Source of the DNA: Azolla caroliniana
Taxonomy: Eukaryota > Plantae > Polypodiophyta
Length of the DNA: 64,000 nucleotides
NCBI GenBank assembly: GCA_043228905.1
Contig: JBHGNT010000003.1
Location: 25,296,001-25,360,000, forward strand
Direction: 5' to 3'
Shown here: positions 1-14,030 of the stretch, piece after piece
How the letters are laid out: every line of letters starts with the position of its first letter
Numbering within the stretch: position 1 is the first letter of the stretch
Translations under genes and position numbers: made by a program
The notes under the pieces: generated by a model
Told to the model about the DNA's origin: nothing
Seen by the model: the letters and a program-made list of their open reading frames with translations, nothing else
The model's database searches: none

Positions 1-1770
1 ATTTTAAACCTTCTAGATTCCATATCACTTAGAAGCGGAGAGCTAGTAGATAAGAGATTTCCTTGTGCTTGTTGTGATTGCAATAGATGTTGTTGCTGCT
101 GAGAGCTCAACATCTGAATCTGATGGTATTGTTGTGGAGACTGGATGAAGGACTTTGATTGCACCAAATTTGAACGAAATTGATCAAGCCCCTCAATTTT
201 TACCAGAACAAGGTAAATTTTGGAGTTAGTTTGAAGCAAATAACTATATTTTAATATTGGTGATGCACAGAGATATACAGAATTAATAATAGATATCAGG
301 CCATACTGTCAAAGGCCATCCTTTGATAGGTAGAGCATTGCCGGCTTGATTTATCCCTAGGAAATAAAGCAACATTATTAGAATGATGATCCACGAACTT
401 AGAATCCACAAAAGATGTAAATCATATTAAACGAAGATATCTCTTTGACATAACATGGCACTCATCTAGCAAAACAAATCACCATGAAGTGCAAGGTTAG
501 ATATTGGCATTACAAGAGTTAATATTAATGGTAAACAGGTAAAACAAAAATGCACAAAATCCAGCACAACAAAATCATCAAAAGCTGTCAATAACGGAAA
601 GATCATGGAGTCTTCTTAAGCAATTTTAATCTATAAAATTAAAATTTGAGACCTGGACTTAATAGGCTCGGTTTTGAATGTTGTATGCCAAAGAGAGCAG
701 GATCTGTTGAAGGTGGCCTTTGATTAAGAACTCCGGTCACATCATTTTTGTTGTCCTGAAAACCTTTGTTATCAATCATGTGAATGTCTAGCCCCATAAG
801 AAATGGTTACGATAAATGAGAATGTAACATAACAACTTGCCTGGCCCATTCCAGACAAAGACTGATTTCGACCTTGTACTTGCTGAAGGGCATTAGTGAC
901 ATTACTAGAGCCATTGTGTAAAATCTGCCTGCAAATCAGGTCATCAAAACCATGCAAAACTCATAACTGGTCAGCAGACATTTCAATTTCATGTTTGCCA
1001 AGGAAAGATACATTATATTTTATGCTTCAGATATCTCACCCAGAAGGCTGACCAGATGTAGCTGCTGTTTTCAACAATGGAGTTTGACTGGGATCGACTA
1101 TTTGGTTTGGACCATCTCCATATCTCTGTAATACCACAGATATACAAGGGGTTCTAAACAGATATTCCATTCCATTTTAAATAATTGACATTGCATACGG
1201 AAGGCAATGGTAATGATTTCAATATTTGCACTCTGAAATTTGAATTTGGAAAGATGCATTTTAAGGAGAGTCAGTGCTCCCTCCTGGATTGATGAAGAAG
1301 TCATGTCATACGAGCATGCAGAATATGTCCACACAAATAATGAGCTTCTTACTTTTGAATCAATATTATAAACTGCCATATCATTATTGGAAAAATATAA
1401 AGGACCTACTCCCCCATAAACAAGTTATTTATCTATAGATAATAGCTGCAATTTATGTTTGGATTATCCACAAATAAGAGTGCGACAACAGCACACATAC
1501 AGACACTGTATATGTGTATTGTTTGTGTTTTGCTTAGCATACGCAGTGTAATCTCTAAATTTTCTACTAACCTTCATGCTTGCATCATCTGGACCATCCC
1601 TCTTTTGTGGATGCTTCAAACATTCCTCATAAATCTTCGTGGCCAAGGCATTCGCAGTAGTTTGTTGTCTTAGCATATTGTCAGCACCTACACCATTGGC
1701 AACCCCATTCATGGTAATGTGGCTACCATCCCGTCTTGGGGGTTGCTGCTGCTGTCGTAGAAGCTGAAGC

Positions 1771-1802
<32 letters not shown>

Positions 1803-4486
1803 TTGTTGTTGCTGTTGTTGCTGTTCCCGTGCTTTCAGTTGTTGAGTCTGGTAACCCAAAAAAAAGGTAGAATGAAATAGTATAACAAACCACAGAAATC
1901 AAACACTCTTTCCATTAAGAACCAAATTCTTCGATCAATTATTTACTCTATTAGTAGCATGGAATACTAGAAATAAGCCTAAAACATCCAAAATTCTGAT
2001 TCTTTTCACGAAGAAGCGCATTACTAGATCAATAGTTTAGTTTCAGGAGGTAGAACATGGAGTACAGCGAACACTGGGTACTAGAAACAAGACATTGAAC
2101 ACATCAACCTCCTTCCACAAAAAAGTGCATTCTTAGATCAGTTGTTGGGGCAGATCATCCAGAAAAATTTAGTAAAATGAGATACTAGAAACAAATCCTA
2201 GGCATCCAGTACTTCAAACGCTTTGTTGATCTAATTATCCAAAATATTTAGAAATATTGGAAATAAACACTAATCATCCAGAACATCAAACTCTGTTCAT
2301 GAAGAAACAAAATATGTAGCGAAACAAGATACTAGGGGCAAGTCCTTAGACACCAAAATTTCAAGACTCAAAACTCTTTCCAAGATCAATTGCTGCACTT
2401 GATTACCCAAAATATGTAGTAAAATGAGACCTCCAGAAACAAGTTGTAGATAAACAACACTCCAAACAAAGAAGCATATTATTAAATCTATTAGAATAAA
2501 GAGTATCTTAATAAATGAGATACAAAAAACATGTCCTTAACATCCAATGATACGACTCTTTCACAAAGCAGAAATGCCCATAAGACTTATATCACCTCTA
2601 TATAAGATGCGGCCACCTCAGAATGCTTTTCATTTGTGCGAGCAATGAATATGTCCCAGAACACAGACCACCATTCGAAAAGGAAACCTCCTGGTGCATC
2701 TATAGCTGCATTTTCAACGATACTTATTGAACCAACATATCAAATATGCAATTGTTGTTAAACGACAGAGACAAACGAAATCTTGCCAATGATTTCAACA
2801 ATGATTCATGAACAAAGATATCAAAATGCAACTGCCGATAAAAGAAAATGATAAAAATGTTAGCACTGGCGTCAAAAATGTTTCGATAGCATATCAGAAT
2901 ACAATTGGAGCTAAGAGACATAGCATAACCTCACCAATGGTTTCTATAAGGTTTAATGAAAAAACACATCAAAATGAATTTGTTACAAAGAAAAAAAAGG
3001 GCAGAAGCTCACCACTGGTTTCAATCAATTTTAATCAATAAATATATTTACATGAAATTGCTGCTAAAAGAGAAATAGCTGTAGAAACTGCCCAATAGTT
3101 TCATTGTTGTTTAATGCACAAAGAAATCAAAATGTGATGGTTGCGAAGAAACAGAGAGAAAATTTTAACAATGGTTTTGATAACATTGAATGAGTAAGCA
3201 TGCAAACATGCAATTAAGGCTAAAAGGCAGAAGGTTATCAATGTTTTTGACAAACATTTCATAAGCAAACATATCACAATCCAATGGTTAAAATTTGTAA
3301 ATTATAGTATGAAGAAATCTGATCAAGAAGAAATTTGGTCTTAGGATAACTAAACCTATTTGCTTAAAACCATAAACACTGTCAAGATGGCCTTGACTGC
3401 TTCCCTTATCCGAGTTTCCAATCTTCAGATAGTGCTAATGGTTACTGTGGGGATTCATGCAAAACTCTAACAAAAGCTTTGAGTGTACGTCTAGGTCCCA
3501 GCAACGGCGTCATAAGACGTGTGGTGTTTTAGGAGATTTTCCCATGCACAGTTCATCACCAGTGGAATCCTTTCTCCACACTAGGATCTTTAAGGTGGGG
3601 TTAGATAGACTGACATCTACCTTAATGTAGGCCACGCAGGTTTAATGAACAGGAAAATAAACGACGTCATAAGACGTGTGGTGTTTTAGGAGATTTTCCC
3701 AAGCACAGTTCGTCACCAGTGGAATCCTTTCTCCGCACTGGGATCTTTAAGGTGGGGTTAGATAGACTGACATCTACCTTAATGTAGGACAATCAGGTTT
3801 AATGAACAGGAAAATAAATAAAAATACAAGATTTCACAAGGTTTGATGAACAGACATACTAAAATCAAGTTGTCAAGGATTTTTACTGAAAATATGTATT
3901 GAAGCCGTGGGTTTCAATAATATCTAATGAGCAAACATACTGAAATACAATGTTTGAAAAATAGCCAATAAGCAAACGTGCCAAAATGCAAGATTTCAAC
4001 AATATTTAACAAGCAAAGATACCAGAATGCAAGATTTCCATTATGTTCAATGAAAAAACATACTAAATGAATGCTTTCGACAATGTTTAATGGGCAAACA
4101 AACAAAATGCAAATATTTCACAATGTTTAACACGCAGACAACAAACAAAATACAAACTTTTAGCAATGCATATAAAGTAATGTATCAAAAGCGAAGCTTT
4201 GAAAAACTTTAACGTGCAAACGTATCAAAATGCAATTTGTTGCTATAAAATAAAGAGCACAGCTCTTACCAACAGGGTCTAATGAGACTTTTCCTTCAGC
4301 TTGAAATGCTTTAGCAGAAGTCTGAAGGTTTCGTTTTACAAGATAATCATATATATATACATCTAGCCTGGTAATACAACACGATACAAGAAGCTCAAAC
4401 CATTGAAAATCCATCTCCGATCATATAAAGTAAGACAAACTGAAGCAAACTCACATCTTATCTGCTTCCCAATTAGTCTGTGCCAT
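1..4486 (-). CDS. LUG: LEUNIG/LEUNIG_HOMOLOG-family transcriptional corepressor, 5' part (LisH/LUFS domain and Q-rich region); continues beyond the window start
   Basis: Exons read on minus: 4455-4486 ([11 protein letters not shown]), 4270-4367 ([15 protein letters not shown]..), 2596-2705 ([37 protein letters not shown]), 1572-1847 (poly[12 protein letters not shown]), 1040-1125, 841-928, 653-755, 307-356 (..LPIKGWPLT), <1-191. Phases are consistent and the LUFS motifs are diagnostic. LUG vs LUH orthology is not resolved. Confidence 0.93.
3508..3820. repeat. Two near-identical tandem copies of a ~156-bp unit in LUG intron 2
   Basis: cgtcataagacgtgtgg...gtttaatgaacaggaaaataaa at ~3508-3660 and ~3665-3817. 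Confidence 0.85.
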
Positions 4487-5356
4487 CCTTCCTAAGAAAA
4501 ATTAGTGCAAAATAATAGACCTGTGTCATGAAATGGTCACTTCAGAACATTTCAAGTTCTTGAGTTGATTGAATTTATTCTTGATCTCATGTTTTACATT
4601 GTTATTCAAAATATATCATCTTATATTAAGGTTCAACTTCAAAATACATACTACTTTTATCACTTATGGTCTAATACAAGAATGTAAATGTATAAAATTT
4701 GGCGGCTTAAAATGCGCTCCATCAAAATGCATATCTATTGTACGGAAGTGTGTATGCATGTCTATAGATAGATAGATATGTGTGTGTGACTGCATAGGTA
4801 TGAGATATATGCACATATATAAATATGTATGAGTATACATATATGATATGTATGTATAGATATATATGTACGAATGTGTATATAGATAAAGGGATATGTG
4901 TAAATATTTAAACAAGTATGATTATACATATGTATATGCGTATATCTATATTGTATATGTATTTGTGTTTTGTATTTGTATTTGTATACACAAATCTCGT
5001 ATGAATATATGATTATATGCGTGTGTTTACACATATATAATATATATGCACGTATGTAGACGTTTGTGTACACACAAAAACGTATATATAGCACGTGTGT
5101 ATGTACAACAACATGGATGATCCGATAGGTGCTCAAAATGCAGGGACTTTTAAACATATATGCAGTATCAGGATAAACAAAAGCTAAAACTAAACCACAA
5201 ATAGAAAAGACAAGAAAGAGGAAACTAGCGAAGATCACCAGGTAGAAAGGAAAGAAACGCTAGATCGCCATCGCCAATGCCGAAGCACAGAGGAAGCGGG
5301 GACACGACGAATGCAGAAGACTGACACAGTGAGCCTCTCTCTGTTAATGTTAATGA

Positions 5357-5670
<314 letters not shown>

Positions 5671-7599
5671 ATCCATTCATTCATTCGGACGTGTTCATTT
5701 ACTTATTATATTTTTCTTTGTTAACTATTACACATATTTACTAAAATAGCCCTTATTTTCCAAAACAAACTCCAAACCTTCCCTTCCATGCATCCAAGTT
5801 TTTAACCACCACCTTCCGACGACATACACGTTGTTCTCATCTCGCCTGCTCCCCGGATATCATTGGTCTTACCGCTCGCGTGCCTTTTGTGGGCATATTG
5901 CATCCATGTATGTCACTAAAAGGATCCCCTAACACCTCTAACCTTTGTAAAATCGTGACATTGTGTGAGAGGTATGTAGCAATTGATCATGTATGTAATG
6001 TTATCGGTCTCTCGCATGTCTCTTTCTCTGACTAACATCTATGCTCGTTTATTTTGCATGCATTGATAATGTCTTGTAGTTCCACTTTATTCACACTTGA
6101 TGTACTCCTAATCTCTAGTTTACATGTTTGGGTAGCCAACATCATGTTGCATATCCATTGATATGTGCTACATGCCGTGTTCTCTTTTTCTGATAAATTA
6201 AAAATATGTGCTTGTCTCCATCAATTCAATTGAGCTTTATTCCCTTTTTCACTAGAATTCTAGTTTGAGATGTAAATCGTCGTCTCTCTATTTTATTGAG
6301 GTCAATATGCAATCTCTCTCGTTTATTGAGGTCAATTGTGCATATGTAGTTTTCTCTCTCAAAGCTTTGTTTTCAAAATTCCATATTTGTCATTATGAAT
6401 GCAAAGGAGGAGGATTTCCCATCAACACTGAAAGGCATTACAATGAAATAAAAGGGGTGGATATGTTTTGTCATTTCCTTGTACGTGTCTGGCCAATTGG
6501 CACAACCCTCCAAGAAAACAATGCAAAAGCTCAATATATATGCAAAAAAAATCAGTAAGGGACTTGTTATACAATAGCGAATAACGTTGGACAACAAGCA
6601 TGAACGTGAGATACATGAATAAAGGGTTCGAGACTCCAATTGAAGTAAAATGGCCATCATCATGTCACTCAAAAGGATGTGATTGCACCAAATATCACAC
6701 AACTACAAGCTTTATCTAGAGTTTCAAATTTTTCTAGAAACAATGTGTATATGAAGATGTAAGGGATGTTTCATGCAACTCTAAAAGTTGTGAGATCAAA
6801 CATTGCTTTGGGCATCTTTGTGCATGCAAGTATATAACACCCTCACAATTGTCACACCATCCCACATGCAAGTATATCACGACAATGGTGGTCTTTAGAA
6901 AGGATAGAATTGTTGTCATAAGATTTTGTTAATGATAGATAACCAACCTAGTGATGTTGTTGAAAATTGATGAAGCATCACAAATACTAGTGAAGAGTCA
7001 TTACAAGTGTGTGTTAAAAAGAAAGAAAACAATTTTGACATCATTGTCATCTTTATCACATATTTTTAATTATCTTTAACTTTTACCTCTCTCTTTTTAT
7101 GAGTGTGTCGAGAATGGGGGACGAGGGAAAGACCTATCCCACATGCAATTGGAAGAAGGGGGGAGGGGGGGGTGCTTAAAGAGATGAGGATTAGGGTCAA
7201 GCAAATGTTTCTTTTGCACCATTCCGTTGGAGGATAGTACACATAAGTTCATTCAATGTGCTATAGCGTGTATCATTTGGACGTTCTCATTGGATGTTTG
7301 ACACGTTTAAACCTGTTGTTATTTGAGGCCTCAAAAATAGGTTTTTTCTCAATATGTTTCAAATTGTTCTAATTTTTACGATATTGACTGCAACATAATT
7401 GGAATGTGTGTAATGCTTTCATGTTTGATAGTAAACATTTTTTTATTTATTAAAAAGATACACCTTAGTAAATTACTTGAGAAATGTACATATAGAAAAC
7501 AGAGGGAGACATTTCATCTCACCTCTATTGTAATACAAAACCTAATACCAACATCTGATGATACAGATGATATCACAATAAGAACAAATGGAACACCAT

Positions 7600-10500
7600 C
7601 TACAAGCTATGCAATAAAAAAGGAGGAATGGAATAATTCCACTTCATACCAGGAGACGTATCTGAAAATAAGTGAAGCCCTCGCCACCGTTTCTTAAAGT
7701 CCACTTGACGTTGCCTTTGAGCATCAGTTGTACCCTGCAAATCATCATATTGTCCACGTATGGTGTGGACAAATAACCACCAGAATTCAATAAGCATATT
7801 ATTGAGATGTATGTGAGCATTATTAAAAACAACATCGCATCTCGTTTTCCATATTGTCCACAGCGCTAGTGACGTAACAGTACGCCAAATAACCAGATTT
7901 TTCCGTTCTAAACTGAGGAATAACAGATGGAAATGAAGTGAGATAGATGTACCCATTGGAAAAGTAAAAAACATGAGAAGCATGCATACGTTCGTAATTC
8001 ATAACATCTCCATGAAGGACACCCCATAATACTGCGCCCCACGAGAAAGTAGAACGAGCATAGTGGTTTCTTAGTAATAAAAACAACTTACTCCAGAATT
8101 GCTTGATTTTGGGACACATCCAAAACAAATGCAAAATAGATTCCGTAGATTCACCACAATGCATTCCACAAGCATATTGCTGATTTTGCCTCAACCAATC
8201 ACCAACAGGAAGAGCATAATGTATCAACAACCAACGAAAACAAATAACTTTTTTCGGCAACTGCATACTCCACAACCATTTCCAGAATTTTGTAAGTTGT
8301 AGTTCATTCACATTATTTGCAATCCAATGCTTCATGGCAGCCGGGCATTTATACTTTGATTGCAATAATAAATTTCTACCTAACTTAACTGAATACTGAA
8401 AGAACTCTAAGTGTTTACCATTTCCATTAGCATTCGGTTTTTTCTATTGATAATCAGCTGGATCCCAATCCAAATTATAAAGCGGCTTTTTTTGAAAAAC
8501 CCACAACAAACAACACCGTAAGCATTCTTGAAATGGTGGATCCAAGAGCCATTTTTTTCCCGATCTTGCAACTACTCGAATCACTGAAACATTGGCGGAT
8601 ATCCACACATCTGATTCAGAAAATACATGCCACAACCTACCATCATCATCCACATTAAAGTATATTACATCACCCATAGTGTTAGTTACTTTAGCTCCTA
8701 AAATCACTTTTAGAGGAGAGAAATAACCAAACCAAATCTGATTGCTAGAGGGGGACCATGAAGCCATAAATTGTCCCAATGCCACTTGCATATTATCGCA
8801 CATAATAGCACTTCCTCGAACTGAAGGCCTCGACAAAGGTTGTAACTGTTGATTCATAACATAGCATCCCCATGCTTGAACATTGCCTGCTATTGATGCA
8901 TCCATAGAAGCCCAATTCAACCGAGGACGGCTACCAAGCAGAAAACCCCTTGAATCTGAAAAGAGAAAGTTCCAGATCAAGGGTTGTCTCAACAAGTCAT
9001 CCGTTGTCGAAGGTACCTTCCGAATTAGAAACTTTTTGACAGCTGACCAACTTGTGAGAATTCCATTAAAAAACCTATCTTCTAATAAGGTTGTTTTAAA
9101 CAAATGAAAATTCTGAATAAAACCCCATCTTAAAGATGGTTGCCACTTTCCTCCTATTGATGGGCACATAGTAGACAACCTATGCATCATCAAACGACTC
9201 CAAACACCTTGCATTGGCAGCATAACTCTGCACACAAATTTAGAAAGCAAAGCCTTACACTGTGCATCTGGATCTACCAGCCCCATCCCACCATTTTGTC
9301 GTGGAGCAATCAATACTGCCCAAGCTACTTTAGGCCTTTTACCTTGACCTGTTTTCCCTCCCCAAATGTAGTTACGAATGAGGCGTTGCACCTGTAAAAT
9401 ACACGATCTAGCAAACAATGTAGTTGAAGCAACATACCAAATAGTCGCTAACAACACTTGGTTAGCTACAAGTATACGACCTGCAAGTGACAGGTTAACC
9501 GAATCCCAAAGCAACAATTTTCTTCTTAATTTTACAAGTAGAGGAGCAACTAACATATATGCAGTAACATGAAGTCCCACTTGACAGCCTAAGTAACGAG
9601 TAGTGGTTCCATTAGGAACCCACTTGAATTCCTGCGAAGGCATCCAATTAGGCAAGGAATTTTGTGACACCCAAAAGCCAAGAGATTTATGCCAATTTAT
9701 CTTTGCTCCAGAGGCCAAACAAAATTCCTCCACTACTTCTTGCAATTTACTTAAATTTTCATCATTACCTTGAACATAAATTGCAGTATCATCTGCAAAT
9801 TCTGCATCCAACATTTGTTGTTGCGTGGCAGGCAAAGGCAAACCCTTCAAAGCAACTTGAGAGGAGTTTAAATACATTGAGAATGTTTCCATAACTAGCA
9901 AAAACAGGAATGGGGCCAATGGACAACCTTGACGAACCGAACGCGAGATAGAAAATTTTCTAGTTTGCCCACCGGCGACCAACACTGAACTAAAGGCCTC
10001 ACGATACAAGGAAGCTACAGCCCTAATCCACTGCGCAGGAAAACCTAATCTCAATAATGAACCTTCCATGAAGTCCCAATCAACTCTATCATATGCCTTC
10101 TCAAAATCTAATAAAAGTACCGCTAGATCTTCTTTAGTTTTCATTGCCATCCCTGTTAATTCCCAAAACAAAAAAACATTGTCAAAAATACTACGTTCTT
10201 GCATAAATCCCGTCTGTGAGTCATGCACAATCTCTGAAAGAAAAGGTTGTAGTCTCAAAGCCAATAACTTAGCATAGATTTTGTAAATTGTATTCAATAA
10301 AGTAATGGGCCGCCAACCCTTCACCTCATCCGTAACAACCTCACCTTTCGGAATGAGGCATATTAATCCCTCTTTCCACTTTTGTGGCATAATACCTGTA
10401 TTGAACATTTCTTGAAATGCTGCCAATAGATCTTCGGCAATCAAGTCCCAATATGTAATGAAAAAATCTCTTCCCATTCCATCTACTCCCGGGGACACAT

Positions 10501-11938
10501 CTGGCCCAACACCTTTAATAGCTTGTAATATTTCAAAGGATGAAAATGGACGAAGAAGCTAAAGAGATATCCGAGATGTTACCTTAACCACAGTAACAGC
10601 CCATACTTTTTGGCGCATTTGTTGAGTTTCAACACTTGGAGTATCTGCTGATAACAACGACTCATAATAAGTGGCAACAATGTTACTCATTTCATCTTTA
10701 TCCATAGTAACTGTACCATCAGATCTTTTCAATTGTACAATCTGAATTTTATTTCTTTTAGGCGTAACATGTTGGAAAAAGAATTTTGACATGGTGTCTC
10801 CTTTTGTACACCATCTTGCTGCAGATGCATGAAGAAAAAATTGAGCACGTATTTGCTGCAGAAAAGAAATAAGCATCATAACATTCTGTAATTCACAATG
10901 AATATATTGAGAATGAGGCTGTTTTTCTTGCAAATTTTGAAGAGAAGCCAAACCTCTCTTAGCATTCAGCAATTTTCTAGTGTAGCTACTTTGTTTTAAC
11001 TTAACTTGTTGTATAAAGAAGTTGGAAACTGCGAGAAGAGCATTCTGTAATTTTTGACAATTAGAATCCCCTACAGCCATTCTCCAAATTGACAAAACTG
11101 TATTCTGCAAACTCATATCATCAACAATAAACCTTGGCACATACAATCGAGAAATAGAAGTATGGCTGTTCATACAGAATTTGAGCATAATCGGGGCATG
11201 ATCTGAGAACGAAGTGCCTGATATAATACCCACATATCCTCCACGATCCCAAAAAAAAGAATCTGCATAAAACCTATCTATTCTCGACAGATTAAGAGCA
11301 ACACTTCTTCGATTGGAACGTGAGTATAACAAGGAATCGGGCATGCGAGAGAAGGTTGGAATATGCCACAAATCAGTAACTTCATATTTGAAAATTAACT
11401 TTTCCCACTCACGCAATTCTAAACCCGATATAGTAGTAGAAGATCCACCTAATCTATCACTAGGGCTTTCAATCATGTTCCAATCACCACACATGCACCA
11501 ATGTTGTGCCACAGGAAGATCTTGCAATAACTTATTCCACAAACGAATTCTTCCAGTAACAGAATTCGGAGCATATACATTCAAAAAACCAATCAATTTT
11601 CCGGAGATAAGAATAAGCATATATTGAACTCTACCACCAAACAATACTCCTTTAGCTTGTACATTAGACTGCCATTGCATTTTAAGTGCGATACAAAGGC
11701 CACCTTGAGTACCAGATGGTCCAAAAGCCGGAACCCATTCATAAATCCAATTACCACGTAGTAAATTTCTATTCGATGCTATCCTTTGTGAATTAAGATG
11801 GTGTTCTTGAAAGCATAGCATATCAAGTTGACCTATTGAAGGTAAAGATAATTCTTGATTCAAGTAACATCTTACTCTATTACAACGACTCGTACCTAAC
11901 CCTTGAAGGTTCCAAGATAAAATATTAAAATAATACAT
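7600..11938 (-). pseudogene. LINE ORF2 (APE endonuclease - RT - zf-RVT), broken
   Basis: SWNLQGL, CFQEHH, NVYAPN, GDWN, RIDRFY, SDHAP (EN); LLDFEKAYDRV, RQGCPLAP, FADD (RT); CGMHCGESTESILHLFWMC. Frameshift near 10560, in-frame TAG at 8444-8446, frameshift near 7930. Confidence 0.9.
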
Positions 11939-11939
11939 A

Positions 11940-13334
11940 TCAAGATTGAGATGGAGAAGACCTCTTATCAGTCAAAACCACTTGTCTCTCCTTTTGAGAT
12001 GAAGTTACTGCTCTTGTTATTCTTTTTTCCACACGGAAATCCTTGACTAACACACGATGGTCTTTATATACCCTATTTTTGCTATTCCCAAGCGCTTCTA
12101 TAGTATCCTTTGCAGATGCAAAAACATACGGTGATTGCCCCACCCCTGTCTGCAAAACATCTGAATATGATCGAGCATTTACCTTTGCATCATTATGTTG
12201 AAACGATGTTATCATTTTCTGAACTGACGCCTTAACTTTCGTCGGATCTTGTTCTAGCATTGAGTCAATGACTGGAACAATTTCCAAAGAGGAAACGGAA
12301 ACCGGCATAACTACATCTTTTTGCAAAGCGTCCATACTACATTCAGGCAACACTAAGGGAGGAGGAATGGCTGGAATGATCTCCAAAGATGGAGCAGAAA
12401 TCGACATTCCTAAATCTTGCCTCAACGTGTCCATACTACCTTCCGATAGTGCAAATTGAGGGACATTGGAACAACTCATATCAACACCTTTTCCCTTACC
12501 CACTTTATCTAACAATATATCAAAACCCTTTACTTGTTGAGTTTCATGAGGCACCAGTGAAGTGACCACATTATTATTTTGCTTATGCATAGCTACAATA
12601 GGCTTCCCATGGACAATCAAACAATCTTTTGCTAAATGACCAATTTTTTTACAAGAAAAACATTGGTTGGGCAACCCAAAGTAAAGCACTTTCTGAATTT
12701 TTTGAAACATATTACCTTGCAGTTTTGGAAGGCGAATCCAATTAGGTAACACTACATCTTTCTTGCAAAGTAACTTGACCGAGGGAGCTCCTCCTTTTTC
12801 TACAATATCCTTGAATGTAGATGAGTTAACATGTAAAACTCTACCTATTGCTGCCCCAATTTTGTGAAGAACCTCCCTCCACTCCTTGTCTAAACCTGGA
12901 AAAACAGCAGTACACGTAAAGTATCCCGTTGCCTCCACCTGTAGGGCTGCCGTATCAAAACCATGGGTCCATGGGAAAAAAAGAATCCATGCACCTGAGA
13001 TTTCTACCGAGTGGATGGAAAGGATATTGCAAACGGAAGAATGATCTTCAAACTCCAATTGATAGCAACCTCGGCCCATCAATTGAATATCAGTTATCTT
13101 ATCCAATTTTTCCTTTAAGGCTGCCTGGAGAAGATGACGAAGATCCCCTCTACTCGGTCGTTTTCCCAGGACTTGGGCAACAACAGAGCACCGCTCCAAT
13201 CGTTTAACTTCATTGAGAACAGTGAGCTCATCTTCTGGTGCCAATTGGACATCTATAGTACCGTCAATCGTAGGAGAAGCAGGGGCCGATTCGCTGGATC
13301 GCTCCTTGGGCGTTGACGAAGACGGTGTATACAT
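11940..13334 (-). CDS. LINE ORF1 (DUF4283/RRM-like region + CCHC zinc knuckle)
   Basis: 464-aa ORF with LMGRGCYQLEF..ILFFPW and CFSCKKIGHLAKDC. Confidence 0.85.
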   Translation of the reverse strand: MYTPSSSTPKERSSESAPASPTIDGTIDVQLAPEDELTVLNEVKRLERCSVVAQVLGKRPSRGDLRHLLQAALKEKLDKITDIQLMGRGCYQLEFEDHSSVCNILSIHSVEISGAWILFFPWTHGFDTAALQVEATGYFTCTAVFPGLDKEWREVLHKIGAAIGRVLHVNSSTFKDIVEKGGAPSVKLLCKKDVVLPNWIRLPKLQGNMFQKIQKVLYFGLPNQCFSCKKIGHLAKDCLIVHGKPIVAMHKQNNNVVTSLVPHETQQVKGFDILLDKVGKGKGVDMSCSNVPQFALSEGSMDTLRQDLGMSISAPSLEIIPAIPPPLVLPECSMDALQKDVVMPVSVSSLEIVPVIDSMLEQDPTKVKASVQKMITSFQHNDAKVNARSYSDVLQTGVGQSPYVFASAKDTIEALGNSKNRVYKDHRVLVKDFRVEKRITRAVTSSQKERQVVLTDKRSSPSQS

Positions 13335-13942
13335 CGACTCTCTTCTAGTCCTGAGTTTGTAAGACTCCCTACTTCCTAATTAATCGTTCTCTCTTCTCTT
13401 CCAAATCTTTCTCCTTACTTTTCCCCAATCACCACCACCACTAATTTCATCTGCTTCGATGGATACAAAGTTAATATAGGCAGAAATCAAACCTGTTGGT
13501 AGAGATGTTGTAGCGCAGCAGAACGAATTTGTAGCCCAGTGGTTGCTTCCCTTCCTCTGTTGTGGCGGCCGCGAAGCTCAGACATAGGGGAGGGTCGCCG
13601 AATATGGTCGCTGGGTCTGATGCAGAGGGATATTGCTTTCCTTCCTCAAGAACCTATTAGAGAACTTTTTAGAGAGGTCAAACATTTGTGTGTTTTATTA
13701 TCTAGTTCTACCCGATAGTAAACATTTGAAGGTATTCTTATGTGGAATTTCCAAGTGTTTGAGCATGTGGGGATCATCCCCTCAAATGCGTATTCAAGTT
13801 TTATAGTGGTGTTACATACGATAGATAGGTAGGACTATGAAGTGTTGTAACAAGTGGATTTACATACAATTAATATAAGTGTGTGCTTTTACCATATAGA
13901 GAGAGAGATTACCGATAAAAAAAGAGAGTGAGAAAGAGTTGC

Positions 13943-14030
13943 CTAGATGGATGTAGCTCAGTTGGTAAGGTTGCCCGATGGAGGCCAGGTGGTCATGGGT
14001 TCAACCCCTACATTCCACAGTGGCATCTAG
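13943..14030 (+). other. tRNA-derived (SINE-head-like) sequence
   Basis: A box TAGCTCAGTTGG and B box GGTTCAACCC at tRNA spacing; no proper cloverleaf. Confidence 0.5.

Larger units (their letters stand above)
7441..13713 (-). mobile_element. Full-length L1/Tx1-clade LINE, disabled
   Basis: 14-bp TSD GATAGTAAACATTT at 7427-7440 and 13714-13727; AATAAA(T)A-rich 3' tail at ~7438-7451; ORF1 and ORF2 present. Confidence 0.9.

Noticed and set aside
5745-7400. Possible decayed DNA-transposon remnant with short ORFs
   Set aside because: No recognisable transposase motif, TIR or TSD by eye
13943-14030. Functional tRNA gene
   Set aside because: Acceptor and anticodon stems do not pair properly; only A/B boxes remain
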